DNA from: Catajapyx aquilonaris
Taxonomy: Eukaryota
Assembly (NCBI GenBank): GCA_000934665.2
Contig: KZ538230.1
Coordinates: 1 to 64,000, forward strand
Direction of reading: 5' to 3'
DNA: 64,000 bases
The translations under genes were made by a program, and so were the position numbers. The notes under the pieces were generated by a model. The model ran no database searches and was not told the origin of the DNA. It worked only from the letters and a program-made list of their open reading frames with translations. How positions within the stretch are numbered: position 1 is the first letter of the stretch; the number at the start of each line of letters is the position of its first letter. Below are positions 1 to 11,272 of the stretch, one piece after another.

Positions 1-219
1 CCGGCCTGACGCTTAAAAGTGCAAATTTTTTATTGTGTTCTCTCCTTCATTAAATGTTATTTTATTTTAAAATATTATATTGAAAGTTATGGCTGCCCTT
101 CGGCAATTACCTTTTCTGCCTGTAGTTGTAAATGAAGCTCTCAAAAATTCGATTTTCTTTGTGATCTCGCCTTAATTTCCTATTATTGTATTATTTGAGA
201 AATATTATTTATTGCAACT

Positions 220-1057
220 CGTGGCCACCCCTAGGCCAGTGCCTACTGTACCTAATGGGAAATCCGCCGCTGCCTGTGTTCTTTTCCGTTTTGCGTCGCA
301 ACCCCAAATTTGGGGTCGCGAGGAAGGTTAACTAGTTATTTGTGCAAATTGATTCTATCTCTCCAGAAAATTTGCCTGTAAACGAGATGTGTTAATTTAG
401 AGATTATTGTAATTAACTACCACCAAAGGGGTAGGGTTGAATTGGAAGTGGTGGTTGCGAATTTTACTCATCTATCCAAAAATGATTGGGAAGCACGGCT
501 CTGTAATGATCAAATACCCACTAATGTACGTTGACAACACTGGAATTGTTTGTGAACTTGTAACGACAAAACTACAGCCACCTAAGCAGAACTCCTTTCA
601 AGTGCAATATGCAGATCTGAAATAGTTATTAACCTTCTTGTCCTGCAGAAAGCTTTCATGCCAACCCTTCTCCTGTGTATTGTCCGGGACAATGACAAGA
701 TGTGCGTTCATTACGAAAATGTCTGCAAACAGTATATTATTTGGACTGGTAGTCAAAACTACAGTGCATCTCAGGGACTCTTTCCCAGAAATGCAAAACA
801 ACGCTGAAGATGACATTTCTTTCTGGCAGAAAGAAATAGCATCCTCAGCTTGTGTGACCTTGAACACACACAAATTTTCGCCTGCGGCGGGCTTCCTCGC
901 CTTCCACCACCACCCCCCCCCNCATTTTGCATGCGCCACTGCCTGAAGTACAGAAGATCCATGTCAGAAAAATGAAACCAAACTTTCAACCCGTGGGGGT
1001 GGGGGGCGGCAGGAAAGGTTTCTGCCCCCCCTCTGAAATTTCGTAGATCCGGCACTG
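220..1057. mobile_element. Cluster of orphan GC-rich DNA-transposon termini (hAT-like)
   Basis: Ends ...AATCCGCCGCTG (~272), ...CATGCGCCACTG (~941) and ...GATCCGGCACTG (~1057) follow C/G-rich subterminal runs and read CAG(C/T)G(G/C)CG on the minus strand. Matching partner ends were not found. Confidence 0.45.
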
Positions 1058-1325
1058 ACTTAGGCAGGACCCCAAAAAAATCGTCATGTTCTTCTGCCAT
1101 CTCATTCTTGCCAAATATACCAGAAAAGTATGATTTTGACCTTTTCTGCACGTGTTAGATTGGTGACAGGTGGGAACATCACCCCCACTTCAGTATGCAA
1201 TGCTTTCCTCATGTAGGAAAAGAAGTTTAGTAATCAAAAACAGCATATTTTCCCACCGAGGGGGCAAATAATGGTATGTTATAGCCGAAATGAGGTGAAA
1301 ATTAGTCTTTTACAGTATATCAGGA

Positions 1326-1522
1326 GTACCGATGCAGGTTGGCATGGTCCGACTGCTAATCAGGAGGTCCTGGGTTTGAATCCCGGGGCCGACAATCCTG
1401 ACCGTGGTTTTCTGTGGTTTTTCACGGTCTTCCTAGGATAATTCCGGGGTCGCATCCTTCCTTCTCTATCCTTGGAGGTTGAAGAGGCAATGCCGGGCCA
1501 ACCTCCCTAATATCAGTTATTA
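1326..1522 (+). mobile_element. tRNA-derived SINE, family A, copy 1 (degenerate)
   Basis: B-box-like GGTTTGAATCCC and body CTGACCGTGGTTTTCTGTGGTTT shared with 7291-7574. Flanked by a perfect 12-bp direct repeat AGTATATCAGGA (1314-1325 and 1523-1534). Confidence 0.85.
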
Positions 1523-1534
1523 AGTATATCAGGA

Positions 1535-1648
1535 CTCATGAGTGAAAATACACAAGGCCTTATGGAAGTTCGGCAGGACCAGCCTTTCCAGTCTGTTATA
1601 ACCGAAAGTCCTTTTTATAACCTAGTCTGTTATATCTGGATTCAACTG
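1535..1648. mobile_element. Right part of a pogo/Tigger-like MITE interrupted by the SINE
   Basis: Ends in ...TCTGTTATATCTGGATTCAACTG, the same terminus as the 2011-2206 MITE, and shares internal AATACACA(A)GGCC..TATGGAAGT. Related GTTATAGCCGAA lies left of the SINE (~1278). Confidence 0.65.
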
Positions 1649-2010
1649 TTCTTGGTATATTCTAGCTGCTACGCTTGTGGTGTGCTTTGTAGGAAATTCT
1701 GGCATATTGCTATATGTATATGCAGTGGTTTAATAATCAAAATTTCATTACCACTGCACGTTGTAAGTAAGCTGCGCAGCGAAAATGAGGTAATACTTTG
1801 GTCTTAGAAGAGACCAATGGATTGCCCAACTAATGCAATTTAGAAGTTAATCGGTATTGTAACGTGTTCAAAAATGCAATCATATTGACTTTCAATGTGT
1901 CATCACTCTCCTTGAGTTGGGAGTCCACAGGATGAGACGTAACTTAAAAGCTGAAGGTCTACCCCAGTATGGGGTGGGTTTGAATATCAATTCTGAATCA
2001 CACTATAAAA

Positions 2011-2206
2011 CAGTTGAATCCAGATATTCCAGATCCAGACTTCCAGATCAGATCCAGACTTCAAGGGACCGCAGAAATCAGTTGGTTATAACCAAGGTCT
2101 ATTATAGCCGAATACACAGGCCATATATGGAAGTATGGCGGGTATTTCGAGTATGTTATAACTGAAAGTCTGTTATAGCTGTGGCTGTTACATCCAGATT
2201 CAACTG
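2011..2206. mobile_element. pogo/Tigger-like (Tc1/mariner superfamily) MITE
   Basis: Inverted termini CAGTTGAATC...GATTCAACTG, followed by TA on the right. Internal GTTATAAC/TTATAGC repeats are typical of such MITEs. Confidence 0.75.
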
Positions 2207-2779
2207 TATCATGTATCATAATTGATCTTGCATTAGTATCAGTGGAAATGTTGCACTTAACTCAAGACAGGGAGTAGTGTATGGAGGAATATGCCTTCAG
2301 TTCTCATGCTCAGCTCATATCTGGTGGATACATTTTGGCTCCAAAGTACACCTTGATAGAATAATCTGCAATTTTCACCAATGCAGGTGTGAGTTAAATT
2401 CTGCAGTACACTGTATTAAAAGGATGCATACATTTCAGGTGTTGCTGATATCCAATGGAGGTGCGCATCGCATTGTGACGTCGATGCTTCGATATCATTA
2501 TAATGATCATTGATGATCATTGGATAGCACCAGAGCCCTCTGCTGATCTTCTTTCTCAGCAGAGAGAGCACTCACAGATATTTCTAAGCTGAGCATCTGC
2601 CCTTGGGTTCCTCCAAAAGGTGATTGTGATGGCACTGGTGTGTGAATGGACATTGTCAAAATCGTGGCGTTATATTGGGCTACCTTGAGTCCGATTGGCG
2701 AGGATGCAGGGCGGGCTAGCCATCAGTAAAAAATAAATAAAAAATAAAATAAAATAAATAAAAAGCCGTACTGCGCTTC

Positions 2780-2847
2780 AAGTGCGCCCCCCAAAGGTCT
2801 GCGCCCTGGACGGGTGCTCCTGTTGCCCCTGCCTAGTTACGGCTCTG
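2780..2847. mobile_element. Orphan hAT-like terminus
   Basis: GCGCCCCCC...GCGCCCTGG...GCCCCTGCCTAGTTACGGCTCTG. The reverse complement starts CAGAGCCGTAACTAGG. Confidence 0.45.
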
Positions 2848-3949
2848 AATGTCTCAAAACGCATTTTACATTCATGCACTATAAGATATTGTTTGTCACT
2901 CATTTTTGACGCTTCCCCCCCTTCCTCTTCCCTGAAAAGTGCACTTATATTTCATAATTCATAATTGCCAGCTTTACCATTGTTTTCCCCATGCAGAAAC
3001 CTTTATGCACCGAAAACCTCCCCAATATCACTTATAAACTACAGCTTCCTCAGAACCTTGCAAAATGGGTCAATTTTTGACCTTTTGACCACCATATCTC
3101 ATGAATTATTCTTGAGAACCAGGGTATTTCTGGAAAGGTGCTTACTTTCTAACATATAAAAAAACCAGAAAAACACATTTAGAACTTGTTGAACTTCACA
3201 TAGAAATTCGCGATATTCCCTTGTATGTCGTATATACATGGCCATGTATGACCACCTCTGTATCTCATAAAGTAGAGTGAATTGATACATTTTATTGTCA
3301 TTTTCGTATTCAGAACCTCGAAATTAGTCAAGATTTGCTATTTTCATTACAGAAGCTTTTTCTTGTTGCCCAGTGTACTTACAGTAGGCCTGTGCTTGCC
3401 TTTTCTGCAGGTATCAAATGCATATGCCACATGGCAGGGGTGATAAACCCATGGCCTGCAGGCCACATTATCATTGTTATTAACGTATTACCCAACATAC
3501 AGCTGCATGCTAGTAAAAACAAAACTGTGTTGACCAGATCTGAGAAAACGCGTGTCTGGTGGCTATACCAGCATGCTGGTACTAAAAGGTGGGGTTAGCC
3601 AGGAGTAGTATAGAGTGGGGTTTTGTCTATATTTTGCCTGTGAAACGTGTGAGAGATAAGAATCAACTTTGGGGAAGTGCAAGTAAAACCTGTGTACTGA
3701 ATGGTGTTACAGGATGTAATTGGTTCGTGTACACAACCAAATAGGAATATCATCGGTTATTAAGTCATTTTTAAATGTATTGGATCTTGAGGAATTTATT
3801 GTGAGTCGTCAATGGCTCTTGTGTGACTGAAATACCTTCAGTTCACATACAAACCATGCCATGTATAATACCATGCAATCTTAAGAATGTTATTACATAC
3901 ATAACTACATAAGTTATGTGAAAGACTTACAGAAGTTGTTTTTTTCAGG

Positions 3950-4280
3950 TGACTCATGGGTCTTGTTCCCGGAACGTCCAACATCACCAGCTGTATCTGG
4001 ATGTGAGAAGGCTGCTCCAGGATTATGTGCAGAGTTCATGTGCCTCCCACCAGACTCATTAGACCTGGAACCATCTGTATTTTGGCATGTTCCTGAGCTG
4101 ACCAAATATCTTCAGGGGATGAAGTACAGAGGCAGATCTCAGTTTGAGAAGGCTGTGGCTGAAGCCCTGGACAACTTGGGGAAGGATGGACTGCAGATGG
4201 CATTTGATCCCTGGCTGGCTGGCTGGCTCGCCATAAGAGATGTTTGGATACAGAAGGGAGGTATTTTGAGGGTGATAATT
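3950..4280 (+). pseudogene. Degenerate mariner transposase, C-terminal fragment
   Basis: ORF 3918..4313 contains LPPDSLDLEPSVFWHVPELTKYLQGMKY...AVAEALDNL...AFDPWL, a decayed HPPYSPDLAPSDF.LFP.LK motif. After a (GGCT)n slip another frame gives RCLDTEGRYFE, the mariner C-terminal C...G.YFE ending. Confidence 0.8.
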
Positions 4281-4482
4281 ATAATATGTAAAATGGGCCT
4301 TGTTGGGCAGTAAAATTATTACTCTCTCAACATAATTGTTATCATTTTTTTTTATTGTTATCAAGTTTGCAAGTTGGATTGACACATTCTTCAGTGAAAA
4401 TGAGATGGCGAGGAAAATGGCTCTCAGGTGAAAGTGAATGTACTGCACGTTAGTGTAAAAGGAGTTATGTTTGTTGCTTTAA

Positions 4483-5273
4483 AGGGACACTCCAGTCTGA
4501 AGACAAGTTGATATCTAAAAATCAGGCAAAAAATCATGACTCCAACGCAAAAATCTGTTTGTCTCAAAACAGAATCGTAACCCCAGTTGTGGGGTTAGTA
4601 AATGTCGTGGGGGTCAGTAAATGAAAGCAGACTATTTAACCAGACACAACCATGATTGCAAATAAATCAAGAAGCAAGAAATTTAAGCTTCAGTGTGGTA
4701 TCACCTACTCATCAACCAAATTTGGTTAACCTCGGAGAGAAAATGCCGAGCCAGTATAAATATATTCTAACACAGACTGCCTAAATGACTCCTGTGACTG
4801 TCTCATGTGAAACTACCATAAGAACAAGCATTTTTTGGAATGCGGTATTTAAGCTGACCCTTCTCTCTGTGAACTGTTTACTCCAGTTCTTGATGGGTGC
4901 CAGTGATGCACGATACAGTAAGTACAAGTTTTACACCACTCCATTTTATTCAGTTTCACATTAACATAGGTTTGAAAATCACATTTGAAAATATTTTAAT
5001 CACGAAATCTCGCAAAATTTGAAGATAGCAACAGAAACATAAACACATTACTGCAACATTTCCGAGTCCAAACACACGACTGTAAAGGTTCTTGGTTTGT
5101 TTTTCGTGGTACCTTGTGGCAGGGTATTTCGATATATACAGTGCCATATTGTTGGTCTTGGCACTCCCTGAAGTACTCGAACCATTGTTAAATACCCTAT
5201 GTGTACTGCAGGTCTTGCCGCAGAAGGCAAATAAGCCCTCAGAACATGACGACCCTCAACCTGGAACCTCCCA
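4483..5273. mobile_element. Possible old TTAA-targeting non-autonomous DNA transposon (Kolobok-like)
   Basis: Left end TTAA|AGGGACACTCCAG. The right end reverse-complements to TTAA|TGGGAGGTTCCAG. This is an imperfect TIR with TTAA on both sides. No coding remnant recognised. Confidence 0.35.
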
Positions 5274-5374
5274 TTAAATTCGTGTAATAAATGTTTCAAA
5301 TATTCAGCATTAAAAATAGCAATATTAGTACTGTTTATGAGAAAATTCTGGAATTTTTGAACCTATCTCATTTA

Positions 5375-5825
5375 GGTGGTGTTTTTGGTCCCTCTCCAGG
5401 AAGATGGAGAGGGGGCATGGCCTCTACCCGAGCGTTTTTGGTGCCTCTCCAGAAAGTTGGAGAGGGGGAAAATGGGGGGTGAAGTGGGCGGAGCTCTCCA
5501 CAAAATCCCCAAAAGTGTCTTCTCTCCTTGGATGTGGAAGAGACTTTCTGGAGAGGGGGCTGTTGCGGAGGGAGGGCGGGAAGCGGGTGAAGGTTTAAGA
5601 ATTAAACCTCATCAAGGAATTGGTTGCGGAATTAAACCTCCTTGGGCCCAGGGTCCTCGCCTCGCGCTCTTCTCAACTGTTTTGAGTGCCTTCTCCCCTA
5701 GCTACACCATTCCGCCCGTTTTTGGGTTTAATAGTGGAGAGGGGGGATGTGGGGGATATTCCGGAAGCCCCGCCCTCTTCCACCTCTCCTCTCCATCTTC
5801 CTGGAGAGGGAGTAAAAACACCCCC
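5375..5825. mobile_element. PIF/Harbinger-type MITE
   Basis: TIRs of about 38 bp, GG(T/G)GGTGTTTTT(GG/AC)TCCCTCTCCAGGAAGATGGAGAGG, flanked by TTA on both sides (5372-5374 and 5826-5828), the 3-bp TWA TSD of this superfamily. There is an internal subterminal repeat of the TIR. Confidence 0.88.
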
Positions 5826-6113
5826 TTAGTTATTAACTTACATTATAATTTTGTCTAATTTAATCTGATTCACTTTACTCTGCTATGTTGCTGGAACCAA
5901 TTAACAGCTTAAAATGGGTCCTCACTCTACAGACAAACCTCTTCTCACCTGCAGAAGAGACCTAGTAGGCAAGTGGCCAAGGTGTCTGGGTAGCAAAAAG
6001 ACACATCATGAGGACTAGAATACCAGTGATAATCAGCAGCATCCACAAATGGCTAGGGCTGCTTACAGAAGACTGGTCCTTTTCACCTTACTAACTCATG
6101 GATTACTATACAC

Positions 6114-7029
6114 CAGTGGTTTCCAAACTGTGCTCCGCGGAGCTTTGCAAAGGGCTCTGCGAAAGGACTGAGAATAACAGGACACTTTTTCACAAAAAAA
6201 TAGTTCACTTCTCCACCTGGCCTTGAACCGAGCTTTGAACCAAACAGAGCTTAAATTTTTTGTTTAGTGGACGAATTTTTCACCGCAAATGGCATTTCAT
6301 GGAACAACTGCATCAATGTACAAGAGTATGCACATCTGGAGCAAAGGCAATGACTGGCCAGACTGCTGGAGCTATCACCAGAATTTTAAACAAATCCATG
6401 AAGTGCAACAATAGTCACTTGCTGTTACTTCAAAACCAACCTGCCTGACATCAACTGTACAGGAATGGCTCATTAGGCATTACGTCAGACACCACTTTGA
6501 AAATATTATTGCCATCCAAAGTAGGCCTCCTGTGTCCTGTTCAAAATTTTGGCTAAATTGAAACGGTGAATTTAAAAAATCATTTTCCTTAAGCCACCAG
6601 TCACTAACTTGTTTGTGAATTTGTATTTTCTGCCTATGCAGCAACGAAAATCAAGCTGCCTCTGAACCTGATATTTTTCTGCATCTACCCACAATATTGG
6701 ACATCGTCAAACTATACAAACCTAAATAACCCCATTCATCTCAGTAGGTGCTATAATTATGTTTAAAAAATGTCATTAAAATAATATGCTTTTTTGTTTT
6801 GCATCTGATGTTTATGACTATTGCTATATTGCTCTAAAATATAGACGATTTTTTATTGAAATCAAAATAATGCATAATCGCATACACGTTTCTGAGCGAT
6901 ATGTGTACACAGTACATGTATAGGCTCTACTTAATGCCAACATTGAAAGTGAAAAAAAATGTCAGGGGCTTTGATGTCAAAATATTCTTTTAAAAGGGCT
7001 TGACAAGACAAAAAGTTTGGGAACCACTG
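6114..7029 (+). mobile_element. Internally deleted hAT transposon, Buster/Charlie group
   Basis: TIRs CAGTGGTTTCCAAACT and AGTTTGGGAACCACTG (15/16 match). Perfect 8-bp TSD CTATACAC (6106-6113 and 7030-7037) with central TA. Transposase remnants are CTRVCTSGAKAMTGQ (a decayed C.DGA.AMTG motif) and LVCEFVFSAYAATK (dimerisation region). Confidence 0.92.
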
Positions 7030-7290
7030 CTATACACCATACAGTATACTGTACCAAGAGTCACTTGGGTTGTACTCTACCAAATAGTATGATGGTTGCA
7101 TGATGATTGCATATGGTGGCCATGTGAATATGATGGCAATATACGTGTACTTTTACAAGGTACCCGTACATTACCAACCACATAGCTCCTTTACATTTTA
7201 CGTACTGTTGGATAAAACAGCTGAAAATGTTTTCTAGGTATTGGGATCATTAATTACGGTACATACTAGTATGTCACGTACTCATGTTGA

Positions 7291-7574
7291 TACCGAAGCA
7301 GTTTGGAGTAGGGGATATGGTGTCCGACTGCTAATCAGGAGGTCCTGGGATCAAATCCCGGGGCTGGCAACTCTGACCGTGGTTTTCTGTGGTTTCCCAC
7401 GGTCCTTCCAGGAAAATTACGGAGTTGTTTCCGTAATTAATAGGCCACAGCAGCTTCCTCCCGTCCCTATCCTATCCCAAAAAGCGCAGTAAAATGAAAG
7501 CAAAGAGTTCCAGGCAAAACAAAACTTCCCCCCTAAAGAGCCGATAGGCTGATAACTGGGTATGAATTATTATG
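7291..7574 (+). mobile_element. tRNA-derived SINE, family A, copy 2
   Basis: A-box-like TGGAGTAGGGG and B-box-like GGATCAAATCCC. Body is homologous to 1326-1522. Flanked by direct repeat TCATGTTGA(T) at 7282 and 7575. Confidence 0.85.
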
Positions 7575-7746
7575 TCATGTTGATTTTCGCCTTTTTTTCC
7601 CACCCTTACCTCATGTCACAAGCAGTGATGCAGGGCCAAATCCTCCTACAGGTAGTGGATAGCTATGAAGGTGACCAAACGTACTACCTTCCCATACAAA
7701 AGTGGGTCTTCTTGAAATTGCATACTTTACTGTATATAGTTACTAT

Positions 7747-7971
7747 AGTACATCAACATGTGGTGGTCCCTGGTCAAATTGTTGTGCATCATACCTGACA
7801 GTCTATTTCCACCTTGAGGAGAGAGGCAGCATGTGAATAAAGTTTGCCATTATCACCTCCCACTCAATCCACCCTCACCAAGCCTGATGAGCTGAAGACA
7901 AAAATAGACTGGCCTGATATGATGAAGCAAAATTTTACCAACCTTGGACCACTACATGTTGCTTAAGTACT
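7747..7971. repeat. Degenerate ~65-bp inverted repeat (probably an old MITE or foldback)
   Basis: 7747-7808 (AGTACATCAACATGTGGTGGTCC...CATCATACCTGACAGTCTATTT) aligns to the reverse complement of 7902-7971. Confidence 0.6.
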
Positions 7972-10941
7972 TGTATTATAGGTGTACAATAGGCTTATTT
8001 ATAAAAATAGGAGTTCACAGTCAGAATCAGGAGCTGACACAGTGAAACCTGTCTATGATAAAACCTGTAAAAAAGACATATGATTGCCAATTTGCAAACT
8101 TTAGTTTGGTCCTAGCAGAGCAGACATGTGAGTAGCTTCTTCATTCTTTGGTATAGGTGGTTAGCATAACACATGCAACAATATAAAGTCTAAAGAAACA
8201 TCCAGGGTGTACGTAGGCCTAATTCTGAATCTGGTCATATTGTTTCCTAAATTCCCACACAATTTAGCATTTCAATCTTTACTCTGTATGCCTCTGTATG
8301 CCAAGTAAAATCACATTTTCATTATTAGAGTAAACACTACTTATCTAACTGACTGGGAAGGTGTTGGTCTCGCCACTATCATTGGTAATAGGAAATATTT
8401 TTGTGAAATATAATGCAGAAGGACACATAACAATACCGGTATTACTTGTACTTGTAAGTTGTAACATCTTCCTGTACAATACTATCATGTTTTGACGCCC
8501 TTTATTTTTTCCGTGGGAGTAGGTGAGAATAATGAACTCAAATTGTTTGTGGATAAACTCTCCTGTCGCCATCACTCATCCCCGTAATCAGGCATCTCCC
8601 CAAGGGGATTACACCCTTTTAGCGCATTCCAGCAGGAAACCAGTTGGGGCCCTAATCGGAACTGCTAATTACCTTTATCCTAAAGAATCATGTGCGAAGG
8701 AGATTTGACGCCTTTTAGATGTTGTTAAATCACGTCTCAAAATATTGGGTTTCGTTCCCTCCACCAAAGTGAAAAAAAAGCGGACCACCCTATTTCTGCC
8801 GCAGTTCTTTCCGAAAATATCTAGTCTTCAAATCACTACACAATTTGTTAAGAACTCATTTTTTTATCTCCGCCACTTTTAAATTTAATAGGTGGCAGGC
8901 GTCTTTGTGAAAAGGAAAGTGTTAGCTTGTTTCAATTAAGAGCAGCTGCCTTTTATTTTATTATTACTCTTTTTTGGGTGGGGTTATTTTTTTCAGAGGG
9001 TACAGAAGAGGGCAGGGGCCGAACTACCCAATCCTTCGCGCTTAATAAGTGAGCATTATCAAATGTTAAATCGTTATTAGCGGTTGGTTTTGTGGCCATC
9101 CGCAGCTGCCGAATAGGTAGTCTCCTGGGGATGAGTCAGGAGGAGGGATTTTCCTATCGATTCTTTTGTTCAGCAGGTGCTACAAGGTGCTGTTCTTGTA
9201 TTTTCAACGTCACTATTAAATACCGTACTTAAATCGCGCTATAAAGTGACGTAAATATTGCCGGATACATCGCTGAAGCAGCCCAATAGTTTTCTTTAAA
9301 AATATTAAATAGCTTATTATTACACCACTGTCTTGAGTATATTGTGCAGTGTAAGTTGAAATATATTGGAATATCATATTTAATAATTTTTAAGTGTCGC
9401 TTTATTTACTTCAATTTACTGCAAACATACCGAACTGTTTGTAAATTACACTGTGCAGCATCCACTGATATTTTCGAGTCAGACGGAAGGAAGCATCGGG
9501 TACGAGATCACGAAGATCCACACCCCACCTTGGTCTTCTGACCTCAAATCGCGGCTGGTCTTATTAAATCCAATCACGCTTTTCATGCCCTCATGGAGCC
9601 AATTTATTGCCCTCTTTCACACATGAACTCATATGTGCGAAGCCACCCAAGAGAGGGAAAATAACGGGGTGTGATAAATCTTTCATTGTACGTCACAACC
9701 CTCTACCCTCACATTTACGCCCATTAATTTACCACTATTTTTTGTGATCAGAAAAAAAGCAGATGTTTGCCAAAATTGGCCAAGTGGTTCGCGAATTGAT
9801 TGGATGGACAGCCAAAATGGATTAATAGCCAATATTGGCCCTGCTTTCTAGGTAATTTGCAACAATACCGCTAACATTAATTTCATGTAATCATGTTCCG
9901 TTCAGCTTAATTTTTTCGTCGGTACTCCTGGTATAGGCTACATATTTTTAGAAAGAAAAAAATGTTTAAACGGTGTGCTGCACTGGGTCACCTGAACATT
10001 TAATAGCCCGCGGAGTTGCATTTTCACCCCCAAGGTGGGCCGACTCGTGAGGCGCCAATTACCTTTTTTTTGCGTAATACTTTTCAGGTGCTGGGTTTAG
10101 TGACCAGCTGCTGGCATGTGCCCAGTCGGAAACGCGATTCCTGATTACCTAGCAGCCGCCATGATCAGTCTGCCACGTGACATATGATCCTGTCTTGCCA
10201 CCCGCCAGAACAATTGACGGTGAATGCGCTCAAATGAAGGCCCAGAAGCTGCCCTTGGGTGTCTCACGCATTTCACCTTGATCATATCTCCTCCAAAACG
10301 GACATCATCTGGAGAAGGATGAACTGCCCAGGAGGTTCATGACTGCATCCTTATCTACACTCGCACCTGTTAATTTCAGCTAAATGTGGCTGCCTTGTAC
10401 TGCTGCATTAAAATTCATTAAGGAGCATTTTTGTCGCAGTTAGGCGTATAGATGACTGTGTTTTATCCCGTGCGGTACTTTTTTTTAAACGTATGACTGA
10501 CAAAGGTCGTGGCCTGTGGGATGTTCCAATCAGGCTTCGCTTGTTCCAGGTGTCCAAATGTATAGGTGGCCATTTCCATCATGAGGCTTCAGCTCCGGGC
10601 ATTTTTGGGTGATGTACGCCAGATATAACCTCTTCTGTACCCTCATTCCCGTGATAATGGAGCAGAAGATCTGCCTTGACCTACATACTTCGTTTTTTAT
10701 GCTTACACGATAATTCCAGGGGGACCATAGCTTACAAGTGTGCGGCATTGTGTAATCAAGCGATGGCCCGCCTTGGGAGATATGAGTTTGGGAGCGTTAT
10801 TTTTATGATTATTTTTTATAGCGGGAAGTAAGGTATGTAAAGCATAATAAAGCATGGTGTTAACAATGAGTTTGTGGTTGCCTACAATGTTTTAGTGCGA
10901 AAGATCTATATTAGTATATACTGATTAATGTAAACATGATA

Positions 10942-11272
10942 TATATATTTTTTTTGCATTACCCCATTGGGAGTTACATTTCCTTTAGGGGGGTGGAATA
11001 CCACCATTTGGGTGGAACCGGTATACTAAGATAGTATTTAGTGTGTTCCAAGGGTAGGTAGGAGGGGATGTGCAAAGTGCGTGTGCAATGTCGTTGATGT
11101 GCCGTTTTGTGAACTCCCCCGGGTGGCATATGTGAAAGGATCGCCACCCGAAACGAAGCCAGAGACGGTCTCACTCTGCGCGAGATGAAGGGGGGAACCC
11201 CGGGTTGGGATTGAACCCGGGACCTTAACATCCGCGGGCGCATACGTTACCGCAGCGCCACTTCGCCTCCCC
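10942..11272 (-). mobile_element. tRNA-derived SINE, family B
   Basis: The minus strand begins GGGGAGGCGAAGTGGCGCTGCGGTAA (A box), then GGTTCAATCCC (B box), and ends in an A8(TA)n tail. Perfect 13-bp TSD TGTAAACATGATA at 10929-10941 and 11273-11285. Confidence 0.9.

Noticed and set aside
5376..5858. 160-aa ORF
   Set aside because: It lies almost entirely within the GC-rich Harbinger MITE and shows no transposase or other motif.
11190..11272. tRNA gene (also considered at ~1330, ~7300 and ~17190)
   Set aside because: A and B boxes are present but I could not form a cloverleaf. Each continues into a SINE body flanked by a TSD.
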